Below, piece by piece: positions 30,462-40,251 of a stretch of 64,000 nucleotides of DNA. Made by a program: the position numbers and the translations under genes. Source of the DNA: a virus. Lineage: Duplodnaviria > Caudoviricetes. Location of the stretch: the IMG/VR virus record IMGVR_UViG_3300028833_000053, one strand, 5' to 3'. The notes beneath the pieces are model-generated. The model was not told where the DNA came from, searched no databases, and saw only the letters and a list, made by a program, of their open reading frames with translations. Every line of letters begins with the position of its first letter. The first letter of the stretch is position 1.

Positions 30462-30786
30462 GAAAAAGTCTGATGGTTCAACAAAACCCAGTCTTGACCT
30501 CTTCATGATTCTGGGAAACATTCTCGTTGACAAGGACGAGAGGATATATGAAAGCCACGTCCAAAACGAACTGTTCCAGTCCGTGTTCTCAACTTTCATG
30601 GTGGTGCGCTATCTTTCCATGAACTCAAACCCCAATGTACGGAAGATTGCCCTTGACTATCTGCCTATGTTGGAAAAGGTGGCGGACAAGCCAGAAATGG
30701 TGTATAAACTTCTGCTTAAGGTTGTGCCAAAGACCTACAACCGGTTCACGCCATACATTAAGTCCGGATTTCCAAGGGCGAACTAA
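30451..30786 (+). CDS. Possible clamp-loader small subunit (T4 gp62-like)
   Basis: LF.IL..I..K and FSTFMVVRYLSM pattern; ~110 aa. Confidence 0.45.
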   Translation: MAYKKKSDGSTKPSLDLFMILGNILVDKDERIYESHVQNELFQSVFSTFMVVRYLSMNSNPNVRKIALDYLPMLEKVADKPEMVYKLLLKVVPKTYNRFTPYIKSGFPRAN

Positions 30787-30895
30787 TATGTTGTATAATG
30801 TAATTGAACTACGCAACAATTGGAGGTAGTTGCGATTCAGTTTGGTTCTTTATGAACAAACTGCTCTACCCGAAGTTCCTTCGGTGATAAAAATG
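30786..30895 (-). ncRNA. Predicted TnpB omega/reRNA (scaffold overlapping tnpB 3' end plus flanking guide)
   Basis: CCGAAGGAACTTCGG hairpin and right-end hairpin; guide inferred from the flank at 30803-30786. Confidence 0.5.
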
Positions 30896-32100
30896 TCCTT
30901 CAAGTTTTGTGCAGCGTTTTGGTCACGGTTGTGTTCCTTGCCGCACTTTGGACATAGCCATGTTCTATCTGATATAGTCAAGTCCCTATTGACATACCCA
31001 CAAACATTGCATGTCTTTGACGAGGCAAACCACTTGTCCGCCTCCATTACTATCTTCCCATGTTCTTCGGCCTTGGCTTTCAACCGTTGAACAAAGGTGT
31101 ACCAACCCAAGTCATAAACAGACTTGCCATGATTGGATTTATCTGGTGTGTTTTTTCTTTCGATCCATTTCTTGAACTTCGCCATGTCCTTCAATGATAG
31201 AGATTCAACAACTATGACATCATTTCCTTTCACCAATTCAGTTGAGGTTTTTTCTATGAAGTCTTTGCGCTTATTCTTGATATGTTCGTGAATACGAGCA
31301 ATTCTCATTCTGAGTTTTTCTTTCAATGACTTGTTTTTTACCGTAGATATTTTTCTCTAAAGTTCAGAAAGTTTCTTCTCATAGGCTCTATAATTTCTAT
31401 CGTATTGGGGTGAATTTCCTTCGTCATCTACGAAGAAGTTTGTTAAGGACATATCCAGACCCTTGACTTTTAAGTTTGGTTTATTGACATCCTTTTGAGT
31501 TTTAGTTGTAATAGCATCTTCGTACAAGATTGAGACATAATACTTCATAGATGGTGTTCTGGAAAAAGTCATGCTATGTATTTTTATGTTTTTAACAACA
31601 CGATTATCTCTGAAAGTTATCCAACCCAGTTTTGGTGCTTTGACTTTCCTTTTATCAAAATCTATTTTCAAGTTATTGTGGTTGCAAACAGTACGATATG
31701 AATTCTTAGCAAACTTTTTCTTGAATTTTGGAAATCCTTTTTCTGAGATTGGTACTTTGGGGTCTTTACATTTTCTCCAAAAATTTTCATATGCTACTCC
31801 AAGATTCATTCGCGTTTGTTGAAGTGCAACAGAATCCACTTCTTTCAAGAATATGTTTTCTTCCTTTAGTTGTTTTTCAGTTTTGTACTTATATTCGTAA
31901 AGTTCTCTCGGGGTGTTCTTTAGTTTTACATATACATCTTTTCTTTCTGAAAGCATAGTGTTGTATAAAAATCTGCAACATCCGAATGTTTTGTCCAATA
32001 GACTTTTCTATTGAACATTCGGATATATTCTAATCTTTAATGCTTTCAATCTCATACTTTCTATCTATGTTCTATTATTATTTACATAAATAGAAATAAA
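30804..32100 (-). mobile_element. Solo-tnpB (IS1341-like) element, no tnpA; left end not defined
   Basis: AT-rich. The right end has hairpin GCAAC..GTTGC followed by GTAGTTCAA, typical of IS605-family ends. Confidence 0.65.
30850..32055 (-). CDS. tnpB: IS200/IS605-family TnpB RNA-guided nuclease, intact under TAG=Gln (401 aa)
   Basis: HTH RIYPNVQ*..KTFGCCRFLYN, RuvC GLD/VVESL/RDQNAA, Zn ribbon CNVC..CPKC; TAG at 32008 and 31357. Confidence 0.92.
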
Positions 32101-32187
32101 AACTTTACATACTTTGAGGTATGTTGTATAATATATTTGGAGTAAATAATAATGTAAAACAAACACTTCTAAACGGAGGAAAAGACA

Positions 32188-32655
32188 ATGAACAAGAAAC
32201 TGACTATTATGGCACTGACAATGTGCATTGGGCTTGTGGCTTTCGCCCATCATGGCTGGAATCATGCCCTTGGCATTGAGGCAATTCGTGGATTGTCCTA
32301 TGTAGTTGGAGGGGCAGTACGTCCCGCTCCGGTGGTTGTGACACCCACGCCGGTTGTCACTACAACTCCGGTTGTTACAACTACACCAGTTGTTACAACC
32401 CCAGTTGTAACCACAACTCCAACGTATTCCTATGGGTACTACAACAACGTGTATTGCCCGTATTATGATGGATATTACTACTACAATAACGCATGGATTT
32501 GGGGCCGCCCAGGATATGGGCATCGTCCTCCACCTCCTGTGTGGCGTCCGTCATTCCATCACAGACCACCGCCTCCAATCCATCGTCCCGGATTCCATCA
32601 TGGCGGTCCAGGACATCATGGCGGTCCGCGTCCAGGTGGACATCATAGAAGGTAA
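32188..32655 (+). CDS. Secreted low-complexity protein (TTPVV repeats, Tyr-rich, His/Pro/Gly tail)
   Basis: Signal peptide, SD GGAGG, both promoter types upstream. Confidence 0.75.
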   Translation: MNKKLTIMALTMCIGLVAFAHHGWNHALGIEAIRGLSYVVGGAVRPAPVVVTPTPVVTTTPVVTTTPVVTTPVVTTTPTYSYGYYNNVYCPYYDGYYYYNNAWIWGRPGYGHRPPPPVWRPSFHHRPPPPIHRPGFHHGGPGHHGGPRPGGHHRR

Positions 32656-32683
32656 GGTTGCTGAGAATCACCGAGAATGAAAC

Positions 32684-32715
32684 AGGTTGTTGGAAATATC
32701 CAACAACCTTTCTTT
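32684..32715. terminator. Terminator between convergent genes
   Basis: AGGTTGTTGGA-aata-TCCAACAACCT plus T tract. Confidence 0.7.
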
Positions 32716-35028
32716 TTACTTTTTGTTTTCCACTATCCATGACGTGTCCTGAAATGTCATGTCGGGTTTCCCAAATTCCTCATCTACGGCTTTCATAACT
32801 CCACCAAAATCTATAGACGGAACATAGTCGTGTCCAGAAGTAAACATAAATTTCAGTTTTTTTGAGTTTTCTATATCGTGTTTAACGCCATCGTGCGTAT
32901 GTAAGCCATCAATATAAATCAAGTCGATATTTTTCAAGTTCTGGTTTTGTTCAATGAAAGTGTCCAATGTGCCTTTGTGTTTGACAATCCGGGGTTCGTC
33001 CTTGAAACGTCTGTCAAAGTCTTTTTCAATGCTTGACATTTGGTTGTGTTCAACTTTTCTGCCACCAACCATATAGCTGTAGCCATTTTCCCAGGGGTCT
33101 ATGCAATATATCTTGTCAACTTTTCCCGTATTGAGCATGATTTCTGCTCCTTCCCCACGGAACGTTCCAACTTCCACCACTGTGAGATTATGGTTTGTCT
33201 TTTCATATACATAGTTTACAAGGTCAATCAAACCAGCAACGCTTTTATTTTGTCTACGCATTTGGTGAAGTGGTTTGATTGTGAATATGCCCTTGTATTC
33301 GTTTTCCCCAAGTATTGCATTGACGATGTTCTCGCATGGTGTCTTTCCGTTGGGATAGTTCAAGCAATATTTTTCCCTGTACTCCCGGCGCAGTTCTTTT
33401 TTCATGTCGTTTCCATTCACCACGTTTTCAATGAACTTGTCCAACGTTTCACCTTTTTCAGCCCAGCAAAGTTCATGGCAGTCAATGGCGTCCTTTCCCA
33501 TCTTTGACCATATTTTTGGATTCATGTTGATGGTGTTCGCCATATAGCACACCGGTTTGTCCATGTAGAGATATTCGCAACGGAACGAGCCGCAATCATG
33601 TATCATCGCATCTGACCATTTCATCAACGGAACGTAGTCGTCTTCAGTTGATATGGTAAGCTCGTTGAACAACTTTATCACATAGGAGTTTTCCAATTTG
33701 CCACGCCTGTATTTCATATACAGATTTGGATGCGGACGCCATATGAATTCAACTTTGTCCTTCCATTTCTATACAACGTCATAGACCATCTTTGCGCATT
33801 TCATGAAACTGGAATAGTTTCCATATTTGTTCTTCTTATCGACCGTGTGGTGGAATGACAGAAGTATTCGTTTCTTCCCGTTGCTTTTCCATGGATCGTT
33901 GAATTGCTCCTTTGGCGTATTCAAATATTCTTCCTGTGGGTGTCCAGTGAATATGTCATTGACATTGACGCATACATCTTCTGAATCTTCGCAATTGATG
34001 TATGCTTGATCATACTGTTTTCTTTGGGTGATGTTGTGCCACGCCAAGGTGTATCTGACGTTTATCAGTTTGAAGTTTTCAACGATGTTCTTCTTTATGG
34101 ATTCATCGCGCAAGAACAATTCATTCTCATACTGCATTGGGGGAACAACTAAATCCGCTTGCTATATGTTTCTCCTCACCTCTTCAACAGAGTCTGCCAG
34201 GATTGTTTTGAATCTTCCGTCTTTGTCCAGGAAATCCCGGAGTATCCATGTCTTGTCCTTCGTTGTAATCAACTTTGCGTTTGGCAACTTTGGTTCAGTT
34301 CTAAATATATTTCCTGAAAAGAACATGACCTCAATTGGAATTCCATCTTTCACCTTTTGCCGCAAGGCTTCTTGTTTGTCAATTCGCGTTCTCTTAAGCA
34401 GAAAGGTTTCTATGTCAGGCATTGTCGCTTGTGTTCTATAGTATGGTATGCCCAGTTTTCTTCTATTGATTAGTTTTACCTTGTTGGGGTAGGGTGTTTT
34501 CATGGTTTCTCTTGAAATCACAATTCGTTTGAACCTGCAATCGCAGTTCGCCAAGTCCTGTAACGTCACGTTCTGGGATTTTGCATAACTCGCTGGACTG
34601 AGCAAAAACACTGGCTCCTCGTGTGATTCAATCATTCGCCTTACTCGCAAAAGATATTTTTCCTCCACTATTCTGGAAATGTCGTTGGAAATGTGTTCAT
34701 ACGGCCATTTCCCATCTGGATATGTATCGTATGACGTATGAGTTTCAGTCAGCTTCTTGTCTTCCTTGTGGTGTACATAATGGATTTCTATGTTCCCTTT
34801 GTCCACTTTCACAACGAACGTGTTCGGGCGTATTGTGCTTCTTTCCACAGCATAGTCCATCCAATTGATGTGTTCCCAGTTTTTCATTATATAAAGAATG
34901 GAATGATACGGGCATATCATCCCGCAAAAGGGGTTGTTGTATTGAAGATGCTTGAATCGGTACACCCAAATACCACAACAGTTGTTTGAAATCAATAACA
35001 TGGTTGTCTCCTTAAAGTGAATTTCCAT
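32716..35028 (-). CDS. 770-aa three-domain glycan enzyme: DUF1919-like, CDP-glycerol glycerophosphotransferase-like, class I SAM methyltransferase (TAG at 34162 and 33769)
   Basis: ISNNCCG; WRPHP (only reached by reading TAG); SDAMIHDCGSF..EYLY.DKPV; EVGTFRGEG, YIDGLH, GHDY. Confidence 0.8.
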
Positions 35029-35761
35029 ATCTGCGCAAGAAGTCCTCTCTTGCCGCTTGTTGCATTTCCATCATCTTTTGCTGTTCATCCGTTTGCGGCA
35101 ATGGGGAATTGATTTGGGATTCCAATCCGCTTCTATCCAACAACACGAAATGGGAATAGGCGCATGTGAATGAGTGCTGGATTTCATCCGCTTCCGAATA
35201 GGACAACTGCAAGTCGGAGAAAGCCTTTATCCATGCGTTCTTGAAGCGGAATCCCACAATGGGCTTCTTGTATGGTGAAAGCAATGTCACGTCGATGTCG
35301 CAGGCGTTTATGAGTCCGTCGGCGTTCACGTTTCCAGTGTCAAGGGCGTTTGCTCCCTTGTTCACGGGGGCGTTGTTCATACACCAGTTGTACAAGGCAC
35401 GGTAGTCTGTCCAATCCGCCGACACGAAATAGTTGAACGTGATTTCCTTTGAGCCCGGGCTCATGGTATAGGTTGGTCGTTCAATCTCGATTGAGCGATA
35501 CATTACCTTGTCAGTACCCATTTCAATTGAAGGTATGGTGAAGGTGGAAAGGCGAAGATTCACGTTTTGATATGCAGTACCCAATACCAAGTAAAGGGGA
35601 ATGTCCGCAATCCACTTGTTCTTCGCGGCATATGTGTTTTGGTTGGAAATGCCGTCGTTGGCGTTTACGTTTATGCCAGGATAGACAAGTTGCTAATCCC
35701 TATTCAGATTTCTCGTCTGATGGGGATGTTGGAAATGATTTATGCCACTCGGAACTGCCAT
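35012..35761 (-). CDS. T4-like tail tube/tube-terminator family protein (TAG at 35693)
   Basis: F.IPSI.MG, Y..LYNW, D..VTLL, F.F.NAW...SDLQLSY, F...YSHF. Confidence 0.65.
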
Positions 35762-35772
35762 TACCCTTTACC

Positions 35773-35937
35773 TCAATTGCTTTCCGTCTTTTTCTCTTCA
35801 ACAAAGAAAATGCCATGTTCCAGTTCGCGCTTTCTTTGTTCCGCTTCCTCAGAACCATCTACGCCCTGTTCAAGTTGCTTGCGCATTCTGTCATATTCCT
35901 CCGGAGTCACGGAGTAGAATTTCACTGGAATTGCCAT
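35773..35937 (-). CDS. 54-aa protein resembling the N-terminus of 20272..21534
   Basis: MAIPVKFYSVTPEEYD..GIFFVEE; SD GAGG; GTAAATA upstream. Confidence 0.6.
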   Translation of the reverse strand: MAIPVKFYSVTPEEYDRMRKQLEQGVDGSEEAEQRKRELEHGIFFVEEKKTESN

Positions 35938-35965
35938 TGTCTTGTTATCCTCATTTACGTATCAA

Positions 35966-35997
35966 TATTTACCATCTGAAGGTTGGAATGGTAAATA
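35966..35997. promoter_or_regulatory. Back-to-back putative late promoters
   Basis: Same inverted motif pair between divergent genes. Confidence 0.65.
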
Positions 35998-36026
35998 ACT
36001 GTAAGGACAATAAACACACAAACTAT

Positions 36027-36227
36027 ATGAACAGCAATCCAGCAAAAGACCATGTATATCATTACTTGAAGGAACTTTCAGATGCAATCAACTGGGATTC
36101 CTTCAACTTGACACGTCATCAACAGGATTCCCTGCAATGTAAATTGAATCTATTTAAGGAGGAACTGGACAAGGCATATTCACGGGAAAAATCTGAACAG
36201 CCCCTTGACAACGGAGCGGGTATTTGA
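36027..36227 (+). CDS. Hypothetical protein
   Basis: Downstream of GTAAATA at 35991. Confidence 0.5.
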   Translation: MNSNPAKDHVYHYLKELSDAINWDSFNLTRHQQDSLQCKLNLFKEELDKAYSREKSEQPLDNGAGI

Positions 36228-36239
36228 TATACTGTCGTC

Positions 36240-36325
36240 GTTAAATGAATTGTTCTACTCATTTGACTCCTTTCTTGGTTTGTGAATAACAATGAAGACC
36301 TCCCGTTTGGGAGGTCTTCTTGTTT
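36240..36325 (+). ncRNA. Candidate small RNA with an exposed anti-SD sequence
   Basis: TTGACA-N17-TATACT promoter (36205-36233), 5' hairpin, UCCUUUCUUGG linker, terminator 36294-36319, no sense ORF. Confidence 0.55.
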
Positions 36326-36344
36326 AATCTGTCCTTGACGTGGA

Positions 36345-38366
36345 TTATCTGCGCTTCACGTCCTTTGACATTGGATAGTCGTGATCCTCAGGATATTCTG
36401 CAATCTGAAGGTTCTCGGCCCAGATGTAGTGCGGCTTTTGCGCTCCCTCGGTTGTTGCATCAACGTAGGTGAACGTCTCTTGGAAGTATGGGTGTTCCTC
36501 GGCCTCTTGCGTGTCTGCCGCGTCACCATCACGAACAAGTTCTTCAAGATAGTCGTTTGCGGAATCGTCGGTCATCTTCAAGATGTCCGGGTCGGTCTTC
36601 TCGATGTACGCCACAACGTAGTTCAGAGCCTCTTCGGCGCTGAATGCGTATGCGTTGTAGTTGTCGGTCATGTAGCCAGAACCCCACCAAAGTTTCACGA
36701 TGTAGAGTTTGTCACCGTCGGATTCTGAATTCACAAGGGTCAAGTCCTCGTCTTCCAGCTTCCAACCTGAAACCTCGTTCACAGGTTCTTCTTCATCTTC
36801 AAGTTCTTCCTCATCTTCTCCCTGGTCAAACGTGCTTTGGTATCCGCAGTTCACGGCGTCGGCCAAGTCTGGGGCATTGAGTTCAATCTTGTCAATGCTG
36901 CCATAGAACTCGCTGTTCTCAACTTCAACATGGTCTGCTTCAATCTTGTCCCTTGAAAGGTCTGCGTGTACCCAACCATGTCCATAGTCGAAGCAAATGT
37001 CCATCGTGCGTCTTGCAACTTCGTGTCTCAGCTCCTCTTCGGCCTCGTCCTCGTCATAGCTGTTCGTTGAATATGAGATAGTGGCAATTCCACCATCAAT
37101 CTTCGCCGTTGGGGTTTCGCCAAACTCATGTTCTTGCCAGAAGAAGTCGTTGTAGTAGTCCTCTGCGGCAATTTCATACTCACCTGGCATGATTTCAACC
37201 TGGCACTCGTAGTAGCTCTCATAGTCCTCCTCCATCTTGACATACTTCTTTTCCAAGATGCTTCCGAACTTCAAGTCCTTGATGTGGACGGTATAGCCCG
37301 CACCGGCTCCTTCCTTCACAAGTTTCCTGGATTCGGCTGCCATCAACGGAACCTTCTCGCCAATTTCCAACATCTTCAGTTTCTTCGCAGGAATGTCCTC
37401 TTGCTTGTGGCTGATGAGGAAGCTGTGGATATGGTTCATAGTTGTTCCTGACAAATAGTCGTTCAAAAGCCAGAAGTCAAGGTGAGAACCATCCTCGCTT
37501 CTTTCAAGCCTTGCAACGGGAGTGTTGTAGGAGAAGAGCGTGAAACCATCATCGTCCTCTTCCTCTGATGCCTTATGCCCAAATGACTTGCGTCCATTCT
37601 GTGGCACAAGTTCCTTTCTGATACCACCCTCGGCGTAGTAGTCGTCGCCCTCGTATTCGTCATCATAGCTGGCAAGATGCTCCAACTCACTCTTAATCAA
37701 GTCCGTATTCTTCCAGCACCAATCGTCAAAGCCCTTGTGGTTGGTGTCTTCCGGGTGTTCCTCGTCATAGAGTTCCCCAAGGTTGCCATAGAACTCGGTT
37801 GGTTCAATCTTGCATCCCTTGTAGAGAATTGCCCAGTCAACGTCCTTTGCTCCCTCTATTCCATAAAGGGATTCGTTGACAAACTTCAACACCTTTCCCT
37901 TATTGGTCTTGAACAGTTTTCCGCTCTCGGAAACGTATTCAAGTTTCCCGTATTTGTTTTGGAAATAGTTTGAGCGGTTGAACTATTCCTTGGTGATGTT
38001 TAGCTTTTTCATTGTCTTTTTGCTCTCGGTAAAAGTTGGATCTTCATTCAAGATGAGTTCGCCTATTCTGACAAGTCCATTCAAGTATCTTCCAAGTCCC
38101 CCAAGATGGGTTCTCTTTGCGCGTTCAACGTCTTTCTTCAACGCAGCTGTTGCAGGGTAGTCCCCTTCCCATGCGTCAAGGATTTCTTCGCATAGATCGT
38201 CCAAGATTGCGGCGTTTTGGATACCCCTTCCGGTTCTCAAACAGAATTCATGCCAACGTCTGACGGAATCTATGGTTTCTTGGTTGAGTTCAAGCCTCTC
38301 CGGTGGAACCTCGTAGAAATGGAACTCCGATTCCCGAATAACTTGTCTGGATTTGTTTTTCTTCAT
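36345..38366 (-). CDS. 673-aa acidic multidomain protein, probable internal virion protein (TAG at 37983)
   Basis: ORFs 37983..38444 and 36345..37892 are one frame joined by TAG; GTAAATA at 38393-38399. Confidence 0.7.
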
Positions 38367-38415
38367 AGGGCAAATAACCTTCTCTTTTTGATTATTTACC
38401 AAATCAGCCCATAAA

Positions 38416-39420
38416 TCAGAACATGGCTGCGGCCTTTGTGCCAATCACGGTGACGTAAATTTCGCTCTTGGCGTTGGCAGAGGACATTTCCAGGTTCATG
38501 TGCATGAGGTTTGGCTTGGAAATGACAATCTCGATGTCCTTTGCCTTTGACGCCGAAATGAAGCTGCGGCAAGTTGACGAGAGCATGTCAAGGATTGCCT
38601 TGTTGCAGAGGAACACGAAATTCTGCGTGGTGGAGGTTGTGCAGCAAATGTCCTTGTAGTTTTCCGCAGCGAAGGTTATTTTGCCAAACTCCACCGACAC
38701 CTTGTTGCCAATGTTTGACCTCACAAGTTTCTGGTTGTCGGATATGGTGGCGTAGAGGGTGTTGGGCAAAGCCTCGGAAGTCACGTCCTCTTCAATCTTC
38801 GCCTGTTCGGGGATTTGGATTTTGATGGAACTTTCGGTGGTCTCCGATAGGGTTGTCATCAAGTCGTTTATCTCAGTGAACTTTCCAGCCCCAATGTTCG
38901 CCGTCAAGAGGAAATTGGATTGCAAGTCCTCCGGGTTTGCGGAGTGGTGAAGGACATCACCGTACCTTGAAGGGACAAGCACTTTCTCAATGTTTCCCAT
39001 CTGCGTTTCCATGATGGCGTTGGTGGAAAGTTGGAACTTTATGTTGTACTTTGGCGACGCAATCCTGATATGGGAATTGCACACAAACAGCTTCACCTTT
39101 CCTCCAGTGAATATGGAGGTGTCCTTTATGTCATAGTATTTGCCGACGTTCTTCAACACCAGAATCAGCTTCTTGACGTTGGGGATGAACAGCGTGATTC
39201 CATCGGGAACAACCGTCCCTTCTTCTTGCTCATCGTCAATGCAGATGGAGTTCGTGAAAAGGTCCGACTTTCCCGTAGCCCATTTGTTGAACATCGTGGT
39301 TTCCACCTGCGTTATGGTGGCTTGGCAGCATGACTGCTCCAATGTGGTGTCAAATGTTGTGAGCATCCCCACAAATTGCTCAAAGTCCTTTATCTTAAGT
39401 CTGTATTCTTCGTTTGTCAT
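38416..39420 (-). CDS. Hypothetical protein, possibly sliding-clamp-like
   Basis: Size, alpha/beta pattern and location near the helicase; the functional call is weak. Confidence 0.5.
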   Translation of the reverse strand: MTNEEYRLKIKDFEQFVGMLTTFDTTLEQSCCQATITQVETTMFNKWATGKSDLFTNSICIDDEQEEGTVVPDGITLFIPNVKKLILVLKNVGKYYDIKDTSIFTGGKVKLFVCNSHIRIASPKYNIKFQLSTNAIMETQMGNIEKVLVPSRYGDVLHHSANPEDLQSNFLLTANIGAGKFTEINDLMTTLSETTESSIKIQIPEQAKIEEDVTSEALPNTLYATISDNQKLVRSNIGNKVSVEFGKITFAAENYKDICCTTSTTQNFVFLCNKAILDMLSSTCRSFISASKAKDIEIVISKPNLMHMNLEMSSANAKSEIYVTVIGTKAAAMF

Positions 39421-39431
39421 TGTGTTCCCTA

Positions 39432-40130
39432 TCAATATGATGAAATGAGCCAGACGCGGTCGCCGTCCTGGATGCCGTTTGCGACGGTGTTCAAGGAACG
39501 TCTGTAGTATTCAAGGGCGTAGAAATCCACGAAATCGTCCTTCAACCCCAAGTCCTTGATTGCGTCAAGACGTATCCTTTCGCCGGTTTCAGGAAGGAAG
39601 AACCCAATCCATTTCGCAAAACCCGTCTTAAGCACAAAACTCCACTTGTTCCACTTCTTCGCAAGTTCCTTCACCTTCGCGGGGTCAAGTTCCATAAGGA
39701 AATCCCCATTTGGATTGGGATTGGGGTTCTTGTCCGACGCGCAGTCGGCAAAAAGGTCGTGCAAGTTCCAGGAGATGCCATCAAATAGGGAAACGCCAGG
39801 AAAGAGGTCTGGGTCGAAGAACAGATGCGTATTTCCTTTCTCGTGTTTCTTCACGGAACCCACAACCCAGGCAAGGCTCAGGGCAAATTCGTTGGAGTTC
39901 ATGCCATTGAGATAGTCCACAAGTTCCTTTGGTTCGGTAACCGTATCCAACACCTTCTGCCTGTTCAAGCACAGAACTTTCTCGCGCAGTTCCTCATATT
40001 TTTCCTTGCGCTTGTCCTCGTCATCCCCCAAGTACCAGTTGAAGCCCTCTTCAACAGCATTGTGGATTGCGTATATTTGGTGAAGGTCAAATACCTTTGG
40101 TGTGCGCACTACTGATATGTCAAGACCCAT
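39432..40130 (-). CDS. Hypothetical phage protein (MGLD start)
   Basis: Minus-strand TTTACA..TATAAT promoter near 40165-40190 supports a start at 40130. Confidence 0.7.
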   Translation of the reverse strand: MGLDISVVRTPKVFDLHQIYAIHNAVEEGFNWYLGDDEDKRKEKYEELREKVLCLNRQKVLDTVTEPKELVDYLNGMNSNEFALSLAWVVGSVKKHEKGNTHLFFDPDLFPGVSLFDGISWNLHDLFADCASDKNPNPNPNGDFLMELDPAKVKELAKKWNKWSFVLKTGFAKWIGFFLPETGERIRLDAIKDLGLKDDFVDFYALEYYRRSLNTVANGIQDGDRVWLISSY

Positions 40131-40251
40131 CGTCTGTTTCTCCTGTGAAATTTCCTCTACCCAATTATACACCTTCCGAACTTGCTTGTAAAGGTTTACA
40201 TAAACGCCCATTAGTGGTATAATTGGGTATGACGATTTAGGCAGATAGAAT

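Noticed and set aside
30850-32055. tnpB and other fragmented genes as pseudogenes
   Set aside because: All breaks are in-frame TAG with motifs intact on both sides; recoding explains them better than decay.
36118-36261. Minus-strand 47-aa ORF MSRTIHLTT as a real gene
   Set aside because: It lies just past a terminator, runs through a consensus promoter and antisense to 36027..36227; kept only as the alternative to the small-RNA model.
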